Positions 25,404 through 36,571 of a stretch of DNA of 64,000 nt are shown piece by piece. The stretch's first letter is position 1, and every line of letters begins with the position of its first letter. This DNA is from Microbotryum violaceum (taxonomy: Eukaryota). Under the pieces are notes generated by a model. The model worked only from the letters and a program-made list of their open reading frames with translations, made no database searches and was not told the DNA's origin. Position numbers and translations under genes: made by a program. The stretch spans positions 434,001 to 498,000 of the forward strand of contig CDLV01000006.1 of assembly GCA_001244265.2 (NCBI GenBank), given 5' to 3'.

Positions 25404-28400
25404 TCAGTCCGCCCATCGAGTCCCTAAAGGCTTTGCTTTGCTCATCACGCCTCGTGAGCCCCATGCTAATGCAACCCCTAACAACGCAACGTCGACACCC
25501 AATAACGTGATTGCACCCAACATAAATCTTGGGGCAAAGACCTTCCAAACGAACAAGTGGCGGCGGAAGTAAATCGCAAACGTCGAGGCAGAAAGCGTGA
25601 GCACCGATTCGGTCGTGAGGTAAGCCATGACACTGCGGACGAGCGAACGGGGTATGGTCGACGCGGGCTGGTCGCGCAGTGGGGAAGAGACGTTCCATAA
25701 TGCGTAGAGTGGTACTACCAAGGCGGTGAGCAAGTAGGGCGCCAAAGTGTTGAGGATGACCAAGGTCGGCGAGAACGGGTAGGTCACTTTGGGGAACCCG
25801 ATGAACGCCGTCGACCATTGAATCGAGGCCAAGGCCGCTTGGTGACCGGTCGCGAAAAAGGCGAGGTGCGCGACAAGGGAGAGCATCGACCCCTGGTAGA
25901 GCGAAAGACCCGGGTTCGCGACTTGCGGGGTTTGACCGTTGAGTAAGGCCTCGAGATTCGATTCGTCTGTGATTTCCGACAAGAGTGCAGTGACGTCCCG
26001 CTCGGAATCATAGACCTCCAAGAGCGAGAGGAGGATGGTGAGGTGTAGAACAAGCGCGATCTGACCCATGGGCGGGTTGACCAACAACAGCAGCGTCAAG
26101 CACGCCGCGACGAGCAAGAGATAGCTTCCCCCCAAGGCATTTGCGAAGCCAATCATCTCGATCAGACGTGGTGCGTTCTTTTCGTGAACGCCGTCGCGCG
26201 GTGTAGCGGTCTTGACGTGCACGCAGAGCGGAAGGTAATGCCACAATAAGGAAGCGGTCAAAACGGCACCGACTTGCGCCGCCCTCGCGAAACCTGTTTT
26301 GAGACTGTTCGCCAAAGGGAGGAGGTTGTGTGCCGGGAATGCTGCGATGAACCAATCAAAGGTCCAGTACACACTCACGCAAGCGAGGGTACCTCGGACG
26401 GGGATTGTGAGGAACAAGCGAGCGAGGGGAACGTCGGAAACGGATTGGGCCAACGAATACCGCACGATCGTCGGTAGGGCATTGATGGTCAAGGCGGAGA
26501 GGGCGAGCGCGATCAGGGCCGAGACAGATCCCGGTGGGCGATAGAACGTCGCCGTGCAGGAAGGTGCTTGCTCCTCGCGGCATGAGGTACTGTACGCGAG
26601 GCCTTGGACGCACACCAAGGCGACCGTATTGAAAGCAACGATTCGGCGTCGTAAGCGAGCTTCGGGGGCAACGAGACTGCGCAGGATACTTATAACGATC
26701 ATTGTCGAGATCAGGAACCGCACAACCGCATCTTCGAAGACGGCAAAGGAATTCGTGGTGAAGATAGCGGCATGGGCAATTGTCGGCAACAAGTCGACGC
26801 ACGTTCGGGCCGTGGTCTTGAATGCGCTGGCGGAGACTCTTGGTACGACAATGAAAGCCACGGAGCCGACCGCGACGAGCATCGAGAGGAGTACTCGAGC
26901 GTTCTCGCCTAAAAAGTGCGTTGCACCGAGGAGGCGCAGTGCCACCAAGCCCCACGCTGTAACTGCCGCTCCTTCAACCCCGGATCCGAGCCGAGACCTT
27001 GTCGCACCATCACGGCTTGCACCTTGATAAAAAGCGAGGCTGACGACCGTCCCGAGTGAGAGCACCAGTAAGCCCGCGAACATGCGCACGGGATCGAATC
27101 TAGCCCAAATCGCACGAGCGCGTTGCCTCGTTGTGCGTTCAAAAGACCAGAAACGCTCCAACGCCTCCAACTCCAAGGCCGCCTGCTCTCTTCCAGGCCC
27201 ATAGGCGCCTCGGAAGGTCGATTTTGCCAAGGCAAGCTTGAGATAGAGTTCGGGTAGCGCGCGTGCGAGATCGCGATTCGAGTCCTGGGACGTGTAGACT
27301 TCGAGGTAGTGAGACAGCTGCGAGGAGACAATGACGATGGCCTGAAGCAGTGTCGATATGGGTGTGAGGGTCTCGTCCTGTCGCGCAGGCTCCGCGGCTT
27401 TGGCAAGCTTGCCGAAAATACTCCGCTTCGGAGTAGGCGCAGGCGGGCGATCCTTTTGGGCAGCTGGTAGTGAGGAGGTTCGGTAAAAAAGCTCTGGTAT
27501 TGGAACGCCGAGGTTGCCGAAGGGTGTTGGCAGACCCAGCAAGAGCGACAGGGTGGGGACGAGGTCGACTTGAGCAACTGAGCGGATCCGGGAGACCAAG
27601 CCCTTTTCTGGGTAGGTGAGATGCATACGATCCTCAAACGTGGTGGACGCATCGGACGCTCGAAGAAGCTTGGCGACAGGGTGCGCCTCTGAAGTCGTCG
27701 CGTGTTGGAACCAGTCGGGCGAGACCAGAGCCGGGCCTTTGGAGTATACCCACAGCGCTGCATCGACCTCTTCTCTACTATCGCCACCGTGGTCGCCGCT
27801 ATCGGTCATACCGTGGTCTCCGAAGACTACGAGCAGGGTGTCGTTGTCCAGCTGCTGGACGATCTGGGCAAGCATTGCCTGTGCCTCCCGAAGCTTGCGC
27901 TGCGCTTCGGCGTGGGAGGGTCCAAAGCGATGGCCTGCATGGTCGAGCCCCAGCGTGTGGGCTATGATGATGTCCCACTCTCCTCGTTCGCCTCGCATCA
28001 TGGGGAAGAGGTGTTCTTCGACGCCGTGGTCTACGGTGTCGAGATCTTCGACATTGAACGAGTCGAAAGGCCACACTGCCCCTTGCCGCCAGACCGAGGA
28101 CCGTCCAGCGTCCACCCGCTCGTCTTCGACCGCAAAGGCTGTGGTATTGGGTGTCGCAACAGGGAAGAGGTGCAGCCATGTGTCGTCACCGACGAAAGCG
28201 ATGCGTTTGCCATGCCTGCGCGCCTGGGCCAACCAATTATCCTCGACAATCCGTTCGCCTCCGAAATTGCTCCCCGCATCGACAAACGTGGGTAATGAAC
28301 CCGTGGTGAGAGCCTTGAGGCGCTGCAGAGTCGTCGTCGGAGCGTCGGCGATGAAGTGGGACAAGAAGGAGCGTGTCGGATCGGCCAAGGTCAGTTCGGC

Positions 28401-28907
28401 GGGCAGGGTCAGCTGGTTGGAATGGAACCGCGCACGAGGATGGCGGACGAGGTGCTGAGGATCGACGGGGAGGACAAAGTCGGCTCGGAGTGCATCAACC
28501 ACGACAAGCACGAGTTTGGTGTGGGTGGGCGGAAGCGAACATGCCGGATCGTGGGTCGCGTCGGGGCGCAGGGGTTGACATTCGTTGATCTGGTCGAGGG
28601 CCTGACGGGTGAGGAGGAAGCCTCGACCGACGAGGAACAGGCCGAGAAGGTGGAATGCCACCACAAACAAGGTCGCAACAAGGGCCAGATTCTTTGGAGA
28701 GACGAATGCCAGAGTGCGAAGCGTGTGACCGAGTCGAGCGACTAGAGGTGGAGGCGCGGGATCGGTGTGCTTGGCCGAGTTGACGTCGGCTTGTGCACGT
28801 TGAGCTGGCTGAGCATGCTCGAGACGTGTGGCACGATCAAAGGGCCACTGTGCTTGGTCTACGTCCTCGGACTTGGTGGCTCGTGCGAGCTCGGACGGGG
28901 TGGTCAT
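25404..28907 (-). CDS. GPI13: GPI ethanolamine phosphate transferase 3 (PIG-O)
   Basis: VVDALRADF, ADAPTTTLQRLKALTTGSLPTFVDAGSNF, DSFNVEDLDTVD, GLDHAGH, GDHGMT..GDHGG, RRHLFVWKVFAPRF; uninterrupted ORF. Confidence 0.97.
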   Translation of the reverse strand: MTTPSELARATKSEDVDQAQWPFDRATRLEHAQPAQRAQADVNSAKHTDPAPPPLVARLGHTLRTLAFVSPKNLALVATLFVVAFHLLGLFLVGRGFLLTRQALDQINECQPLRPDATHDPACSLPPTHTKLVLVVVDALRADFVLPVDPQHLVRHPRARFHSNQLTLPAELTLADPTRSFLSHFIADAPTTTLQRLKALTTGSLPTFVDAGSNFGGERIVEDNWLAQARRHGKRIAFVGDDTWLHLFPVATPNTTAFAVEDERVDAGRSSVWRQGAVWPFDSFNVEDLDTVDHGVEEHLFPMMRGERGEWDIIIAHTLGLDHAGHRFGPSHAEAQRKLREAQAMLAQIVQQLDNDTLLVVFGDHGMTDSGDHGGDSREEVDAALWVYSKGPALVSPDWFQHATTSEAHPVAKLLRASDASTTFEDRMHLTYPEKGLVSRIRSVAQVDLVPTLSLLLGLPTPFGNLGVPIPELFYRTSSLPAAQKDRPPAPTPKRSIFGKLAKAAEPARQDETLTPISTLLQAIVIVSSQLSHYLEVYTSQDSNRDLARALPELYLKLALAKSTFRGAYGPGREQAALELEALERFWSFERTTRQRARAIWARFDPVRMFAGLLVLSLGTVVSLAFYQGASRDGATRSRLGSGVEGAAVTAWGLVALRLLGATHFLGENARVLLSMLVAVGSVAFIVVPRVSASAFKTTARTCVDLLPTIAHAAIFTTNSFAVFEDAVVRFLISTMIVISILRSLVAPEARLRRRIVAFNTVALVCVQGLAYSTSCREEQAPSCTATFYRPPGSVSALIALALSALTINALPTIVRYSLAQSVSDVPLARLFLTIPVRGTLACVSVYWTFDWFIAAFPAHNLLPLANSLKTGFARAAQVGAVLTASLLWHYLPLCVHVKTATPRDGVHEKNAPRLIEMIGFANALGGSYLLLVAACLTLLLLVNPPMGQIALVLHLTILLSLLEVYDSERDVTALLSEITDESNLEALLNGQTPQVANPGLSLYQGSMLSLVAHLAFFATGHQAALASIQWSTAFIGFPKVTYPFSPTLVILNTLAPYLLTALVVPLYALWNVSSPLRDQPASTIPRSLVRSVMAYLTTESVLTLSASTFAIYFRRHLFVWKVFAPRFMLGAITLLGVDVALLGVALAWGSRGVMSKAKPLGTRWAD

Positions 28908-29310
28908 GCGACCCAACTTGACCCGGCTCTCGGTCGAGACGGTCAGGTTCCGCTCTGCGATGCGAAGCGATGTCGGTCAGTTGAGCAAGTAACGAACGGG
29001 GAGCGAGGCCAGGACTTGCCACAGGGAAAGGGCTGTGACCGGGTCGGCACAAGAGAAGGTACGGACAGGAGGTGAGTAGGGAGCACAGCTCAGAAGCTGG
29101 AGAGAGCGCGACAGGAGGCGAAAAGGAGCCCGCAGCAAGAATGATCGAGAGGTCGTCGAGAGTGAAGTGATCGAACCAGATCGAACCGCCGAGCCCCGCT
29201 CCGCACCGGCTCAATCTGGCCCAGTCACCCAAATCCACCCCCACACGCGCTCTCCCGCGCTCACCTTAGACTCAGCCCTCATCCTCCTTCCACGGTCACC
29301 ATTCAACACG

Positions 29311-30148
29311 ATGGCAAAACGAGCATCAGGCACAACACCACCGTCCTCACCCCAACCACGGCCACAACCACGCCACCAGCGACTGAAAGCTCGCACCAGC
29401 TCCAGATCGAGAGCGTCGTCACCGCCAGCCTGGACCAGGATGCTGCTGCTGCTGCTGCTGTCGCTGCTGATGACGGTGCTCATGCCCACCCAGCGATCGC
29501 GGCCGGATCCTCGTTCGCGTCCCAGCCCATGACATTCTGCAAATGTATCTGCTTTGGCAACTCGACCATTCTGCCCATATTCCGACCCCGCGACCCGCTC
29601 AGACCGTGTCTGACCTGCACACGACAGGTGAGCTCGCCCTGGACAAGAGCTGAAGCCGGATCCCAACAAACGTGATCGGCGGCGATATTGAACCATCTTC
29701 CGATGCCCCCGCCTCCAGTTTTGCCTGGAACAAAAACTGCCGGCCTGCTTGAACGCGAAAGCGAGCGATGAGGACTTGGACGTCGGCACGGGCGAAACGG
29801 GGGACGTGCAAGCTCGGTGTTTCCGTAGGTTTCTTCTCACACTGGCAGAGCGAGCAAAGCGAGTGAAGCCAGCAACGCTCATATGTTTTCTCTGACGGCT
29901 GGCTTGCAGAACGAGACTCTCCGAAATCGCACGTGCTCGTCGTACTTTTCCTTGTCGTTACGAGTTCTCTCCTCCTCGGCGCTGTGCTCAAGCAGAATGG
30001 GATCGACCCGGCCCAGTTGGCGACACGAGGTGGATTCTCGAGCACGGTCAGCGTAAGTGGAAGCTGTGCAGGTACCAAGCTTTGGCTCTCTGTACTGAAG
30101 GCCGTATGTCGGACTTGCACAGGACTTCTCGCACTGGGCGAATTCTAA
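29311..30148 (+). CDS. Small Cys-rich fungal membrane protein, spliced; apparent frameshift after the N-terminal hydrophobic segment
   Basis: FCKCICFGNSTILPIFRPRDPLRPCLTCTRQ | FCLEQKLPAC...VQARCF | QRDSPKSHVLVVLFLVV joined by GT-AG introns. 3' end uncertain. Confidence 0.7.
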
Positions 30149-30546
30149 ATTGCGAGGACGGCGGGGTGTTGGAGTGAACGGACCAGACGCTATGGCTTTC
30201 CATGCACTTCCCAGGCAGGACCGATGACCTTGTTATACAACTGTACCTATATCAACGTGAAGGGGACTTGCTACCTATCTGTGCGCTCGAGAGGGAGCAT
30301 GAGCTTGGCGAGTGTGGTGCGCCGCTCGGAACGAGGACAGTTGCCCGCGTCGGCCGAAAATCTTGCCGCCTACTGAAGGTGGTCGTGACCCCCTACGCTA
30401 AGCAGACCGCGCGAGATGTGAATCATCTCCGTTTGCGGTGACAGCGGAATGCTGCTCTCACCCACATGTCCTTGGATCTGGCCCAGCGTGATTTCGGCTT
30501 AGCGCCGACCTAAGGGGTCCGAGCTTTCTGGTCCGAGAGGACAAAA

Positions 30547-31164
30547 TGAGAATGAGAATTTGAATTCCAGCTAGTCTACAATGAGACGACCCTTATCGGC
30601 CGCTGGACCACATTAACTGGGCTATCGCCTCTGACCTGGCCTACGACTTCCAACCGCTCCCCTTACCCTGTTGATGTTCGATACTGCAACCTACACTGCT
30701 CCTTTGAGCTGCACCCTATATCCCTTCTTCCTTGACTCTCACTATCTTCTCCTACGGGTTTCCGCCCACGCCTTTTGGCGATCACCCCATCATATCCTTG
30801 CTGTCCCTTTAATCAGTTCATGATGCCATGTCTGCAGTAATTTCGCCCTCAGGCGTTCTGGAATGGCCTCCATGGCGAACGCCGGTACCGGAGTGAAGCT
30901 CACACCATACCACCATCCGTGTTGTAATACCAAATCTTGTGCGAATCGGACCAATTTCTCCCGTTCCCCTTCGCCCACGTTGTCGGCTGCATGCGCAGCC
31001 TTGATAAAACCTATGGTTGCGTTTTTCAGGTCTGATTGGAGTTGTACTCGGATTCTCACCGATTTTGGGCATCTGAGAAAAACGTGCTCCTCCGTTTCGA
31101 ACTCCGATCCCGTTGCGCTGGTACACCGTGGGCAAGAGGGATCAGTCCGATTTCGCTGCTCTTC
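30547..31164 (-). mobile_element. 5'-truncated LINE (non-LTR retrotransposon ORF2 C-terminus plus 3' UTR)
   Basis: CCHC zinc knuckle CPRC...ETEEHVFLRCP, (TTCTCA)-type tail, ACAAAA TSD at 30541-30546 and 31165-31170. Confidence 0.85.
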
Positions 31165-31314
31165 ACAAAACTGAGTCAAAAGAAGGGCGGGGAACGGGCG
31201 GCGGCTGCTTTTGCTCCGCTCACCTCTGCTCACCTCGTCGAGTCCTCGCGCTCAGCAGCCGCCCATCAGCGCAGTTCATTCTTCTCCTTGATTCACACTG
31301 TGATAGGGTCACGG

Positions 31315-34300
31315 ATGGCATCGGTCAACTCGAACCCCAGCATGCAGCGATGGCTCGCCCGACTTACGGACCTGCCCCAGCTTGTGCTGCCGACCGACTA
31401 CGCGAGGCCATCCGGTGCAGCCATGGTCGAGGCACACGAGAAGCGCACCATCGACGACCGCATCGGCAATGCACTCGTACGCCTCGCGCTCTATGATGAG
31501 CTAGGCGACGACTCGGACTCGGACTCGGACTCGGAACCGGAACCGGACCAGAGGCAGAGTCAGCAGAATCAGCGCGAGGGAATCGATCAGACGCTCGCCG
31601 CTCGAGGTGCTCGGGACCACCGTCAACAGAGCAACACTCCGACGCCATTCCATCTCTTGCTCGCGTCCTTCGTCGTACTGCTGCATCGCTTCACGGGGGA
31701 GAATGACCTCGTCATCGCGACCTCGTCCCCGTCCTCGCCCGATCCGCTGCTCCTGCGCATCAAACTCGAGCCGAGTGACTCGTTCTGGTCACTCGTCAAG
31801 CGCGTGCAATGGCTCGAACAGGACGCCGAGAACGACAAGGTCCCGTACGAGAAGCTGCTCGAAGCGCTCGGCCGCGGCAAGAGGAGCGAGGCAGAGCGCG
31901 GACAGCGACAGGACGGTCTTCCGGAGGCGCCTCTGTTCAGGGTCCGCTTCTTCGACGAGACCGACGAGACCGAGACCTCGTTCGTGCAGCAGACTTCGCT
32001 CACGTCCGATTTGACCGTCTTCGTCACTTCGACCGCCCACGACTCTCTCTCGGCAGCCGCGTCGGGATCGTCGCTGACGCCCTCTGCCTCGGGTACGGCC
32101 ACGCCGACCTCGTTGAGGACCTCGCTCCGGGCACCGACTGTCGCGCTCACGCTCTCGTACAACTCGCTCGTGTTCTCTCAACCGCGTATGGCGACCATGC
32201 TCGACCAGTTGCTTCATCTCGTACACCACGCCGCCGCACATCCCCTTGACGCGATCGGATCTATCTCGCTGTTGACCCACAAGCAGCGCAAAGTCTTGCC
32301 CGACCCTCGTGCCGATCTCGAATGGACCGGGTACCAGGGCGCCATCACCGATATTTTCAGTCGCAACGCCCGAGCATTCCCTGACCGAACCTGTATCGTC
32401 GAATCGTTGAGTCCGACCGCCGTCGGAGGTGCGAACAGGCTGCGCAGCTTCACTTACCAGCAGATCGACAAGGCGTCCAACGTGCTCGCTCATCACCTTG
32501 TCGCTTCGGGCGTGGAGAGGGAAGAAGTCGTCACCGTCTATTCGACTCGAGGCGTCGACCTCGTTGTCGCCGTTATGGGCGTACTCAAGGCAGGCGCCAC
32601 GTTTAGCGTCATCGACCCCGCGTATCCACCCGCGCGTCAGATCATCTACCTTCAGGTCGCTCAGCCCCGGGCTTTGGTCATTCTCGCCGCTGCGGGATCG
32701 CTGCTGCCGCCCGTGCGCAAATACGCGTCCGAGTCGTTGAAGATCCGCGTCGAGGTCCCCGCAATGCAGCTCTTGGCGTCCAGCTTTTTGCTGGGGTCTG
32801 CTCCGGCCGAGAGCGAACCTGATGCTCTGGACGGTGTTCGATCTAAGGCGGGGCAGGCTTTGAACATCCCCTTGGGTCCGGACTCGATCGGGACATTGTC
32901 CTTCACCAGTGGTTCGACGGGTATTCCCAAGGGTGTGCGAGGACGTCATTTCAGTTTAACTCATTTCTTCCCTTGGATGAGCAAGACCTTTGGGCTGAGC
33001 GAAACAAGTCGTTTCACCATGCTGAGTGGAATAGCCCACGATCCGATCCAAAGGGACAGTAAGTTTGGATACGACCTGTTGCGTGTCTACAAGCTATATA
33101 TGTCGCGTTCGAAACGTTCTGACATCCTGACCTCCGACAGTCTTCACGCCGTTGTTCTTGGGCGCCGAGCTGCACATCCCTACTGCAGAGGACATTGGAA
33201 CTCCCGGACGGCTGGCCGAATGGATGGCCGATAGCAAAGTCACCATCACTCATCTCACCCCAGGTCAGTGTTTCTCGACTTTCAGATCTCACGTGCTCGC
33301 ATGGGGCTAAACCGCGTCTTTGCTATTACGTGTAGCCATGGGCCAACTGCTCTCCGCTCAAGCGACCCGCTCGATCCCTAGCTTGCTCAACGCTTTCTTC
33401 GTCGGCGACGTCCTGACCAAGCGAGACTGTACTCGCCTTCAGCAACTTGCGAACAATGTGCGCATCATCAACATGTTTGGTACGACCGAGACGCAGCGTG
33501 CCGTATCCTACTTCGCCATCCCTTCCCTCTCCACGGATCCCACGTTCCTCAAATTGAGGAAGGACATCATGCCCGCTGGCCAAGGAATGATCAACGTCCA
33601 GTTGTTGGTAGTCAACCGCAACGACAAGAACCAAATTTGCGCCGTCGGCGAAGTCGGCGAGATTTACGTTCGCTCCGGTGGGTTAGCGGAAGGCTACTTG
33701 CAGTTGCCCGAGTCGACGGCGGAGAAGTTTGTCGCGAACTGGTTCGGCACCGGGGTCGAACGCGAGGATCTTATCCAATCGGGCGACGAGGCGTGGAAGC
33801 CTTACTGGAAAGGAGTGAGGGATAGGATGTACAGAAGCGGAGATTTGGGGAGGTACAACCCCGATGGTACGGTCGAGTGCACAGGTCGCGCCGATGATCA
33901 GATCAAGATCCGTGGCTTTAGAATCGAGTTGGGCGAGATCGACACCCATCTGAGTCGACATCCCGCTGTGAGAGAGAATGTCACGCTCGTTCGAAGGGAC
34001 AAGTACGAGGAAAAGGTCCTCGTGGCATACTTCGTGCCATTGATGGGCAGCAAGGAACTGGAAGGATTGGTCAGCGGAGGCGAAGACGACGGCGCTGGTG
34101 CTGATAAAGGGGCCAAGGTCACCGCAAGTGAAGTCGCGAAAGGCTTGAAAAAGTATAGGAGGTTGATCAAAGACATTAGGGACTACCTCAAAACCAAGCT
34201 GCCGAGTTATTCGATTCCGACTGGTGCGTTTCGCTTGACCAACAGGATTAGCAGAGCTCCGGAAACAAGCTGACAAAGTCTTTGCTGCTTTCCCCAGTGT

Positions 34301-36142
34301 TCGTCCCGTTGACGCGCATGCCCCTTAACCCGAACGGCAAAGTCGACAAGCCGGCTCTGCCCTTCCCGGACACTGTTACCGCGGCCGCCGCTACGACAAC
34401 GACCCACGCCGCCCCGGGCTCGGCGCCGACGCTTAGCGTGACTGAGCGAGCGATCCACGACATCTGGCTCAAACTATTGCCATCGCCCCCGGCTCAGATC
34501 CCGACGGACGAGAGCTTCTTCGATCTGGGGGGTCACTCGATCTTGGCCACGAGGCTCATCTTCGAGTTGAGGACAACGCTCGCCATCGGTGCGCCTTTGG
34601 GGATCGTGTTCGACCATCCCACCGTTGCTGGGTTGGCGAAGGAGTTGGACCGCTTGAGGGACTCGGACTTGGGCCTCGCCAGTGGTGAGCGAACGGCCAA
34701 GTCGGGCTCGACGTCGACTGCGAATGATGACGAGTACGCAGAGGACATGGAGAAACTCGTGGCAAGATTACATGCCAAGTACGAGAAACCGCAAGAGGTA
34801 GAGGGGCCAAAGACGGTGTTCCTGACGGGCGCGACGGGGTTCTTGGGCGCCTTTATCCTCAAGGACCTACTTGTTCATCGTCAGAGCCAGGTCAAGAAGG
34901 TCATCTGCCACGTGCGTGCTAAGTCGCCCGAAGCCGCTGTTCAGAGGTTGAGGGAAAGCGGTCAGGGCCGTGATGCCTGGGACGAAGCTTGGGTTGAAAA
35001 GGGTCGGGTGGAAGCGGTCACTGGCGATCTAGAAGCCGACAAGCTAGGGATGAGCGAGCAGGAATGGGACAGAACTGCTCAGGAAGCTGATATCATCATT
35101 CATAACGGTGCCTTGGTGAGTTTTCCCTTCACGCTTGGGTGATCATTTGTTCGCCGCAGCAGTGGACTCACGCCTGACGGCGCTGCTTTGCTCAAATTAT
35201 CAGGTCCACTGGATTTACCCTTACGCCAAGCTTCGAGCGGCGAACGTTCTCGCTACGTTAGCAGTTCTTGATCTTGCCGCCGCGACTCGGCCCAAGGTCA
35301 TTTCTTTCATCTCGACGACGGCCGTGATTGAAAAGGGTCACTATGTCCGCCTCGGCGATTACCTCGTACAACAAGGAAGTAAGGGTGTGCCTGAATCGGA
35401 CCCACTCGATGCCGGCAAGGAAGGCCTCAAGGGTGGTTACGGTCAATCGAAATGGGTTTCCGAGCGATTGATCCTCGAAGCTGGTCGCCGCGGCTTGGCG
35501 GGCGCGATTGTTCGCCCCGCTTACGTTGTTGGTGATTCGACGTCGGCGGTGACCAACACCGACGATTTCCTGTGGCGGCTCGTCAAGGGGTGTATCCAAC
35601 TGGGCCACATTCCTGATATTCACAACTCGATCAACATGACGCCCGTCGATCACGTTGCCCGCATTATCGCCATTTCAGCCCTCCAATCCCCTTCAGAACC
35701 TCTGCGCGTTCATCAAGTTTCGGCACGCCCCCCACCCCGGTTCAACCAATTCCTCTCGGTGTTGCAGCGGTACGGGTATCAGGTCAAGAAGACAGAATAT
35801 CTGCCCTGGAGGACGCTCTTGGAGCAGCACGTGCTCAAGTCGCAGGACAACGCCCTGTTCCCCCTGCTGCACTTCGTCTTGGACGACTTGCCCACGAGCA
35901 CCAAAGCCGCCGAGATCGACGATTCGAACACGATCGCGTTGCTGAAAAAAGCCGGGGAAGTCGAGACGATGACTGTCGATGATGGGTTGGTAGGCTTGTA
36001 TCTGGCTTGGTTGGTCGCCGCGGGCTTCTTGGAAGCTCCGGCTGTGCCGGCGTCAGAGGGGAAGAACGTCTTGACCTTGCCGGCGTTGAGGTCGGGTCAA
36101 GTCGCGAAAGCGATTGGTCGTTCTTCGGGCCATGCGACTTGA
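31315..36142 (+). CDS. LYS2: L-2-aminoadipate reductase (A-T-R NRPS-like), spliced
   Basis: [64 protein letters not shown] (PCP), [16 protein letters not shown]. Confidence 0.98.
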
Positions 36143-36571
36143 AGGCCTTACAGCAGACTTGACGTCTTGGGAGACTGGAACGCAGGCGGTTTTTGGTGCG
36201 GTGGAACTTCAATAATAAAGCCTAAATGGGACGAGGTCCTGGGAACAATAGTTTAGAAAGCGCGTGATGTTTGCAGATGCAGGGCAGCAGTATCATGCTT
36301 CTAAGAGGAAGGATCCTGCGGCGGCGAGAGTAACCCAGTTATTGTGGTGCTCTCGAAGTCGTACGCGCTATTGAGGATAGGGTACGCGTCAATGAGGTTA
36401 AGACGCCTCCATCTCGAAGAAATCTCAAGGAGCTATTGTTGACAACAAAGTTATGGACCGGAATCTCCGTGGTACGGCGGAAGAACGGACAAGGAGGGGT
36501 ACGACAAGAAACGGAGGAATCACAAGGGACCACACAGAGTGTGCATGTCTATAGAGGGGAGAAAGCAGCTT

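Noticed and set aside
31036..31314. N-terminal extension of the LYS2 ORF in the ORF track
   Set aside because: It begins inside the antisense LINE fragment at a non-ATG codon; LYS2 similarity starts after ATG 31315.
31623..32949. Long antisense and alternative-frame ORFs overlapping genes throughout the window
   Set aside because: Expected shadows of GC-rich coding sequence, with no recognisable motifs.
31315..36142. NRPS-like gene as the core of a secondary-metabolite cluster
   Set aside because: Motifs are those of primary-metabolic Lys2 and the neighbours are housekeeping genes.
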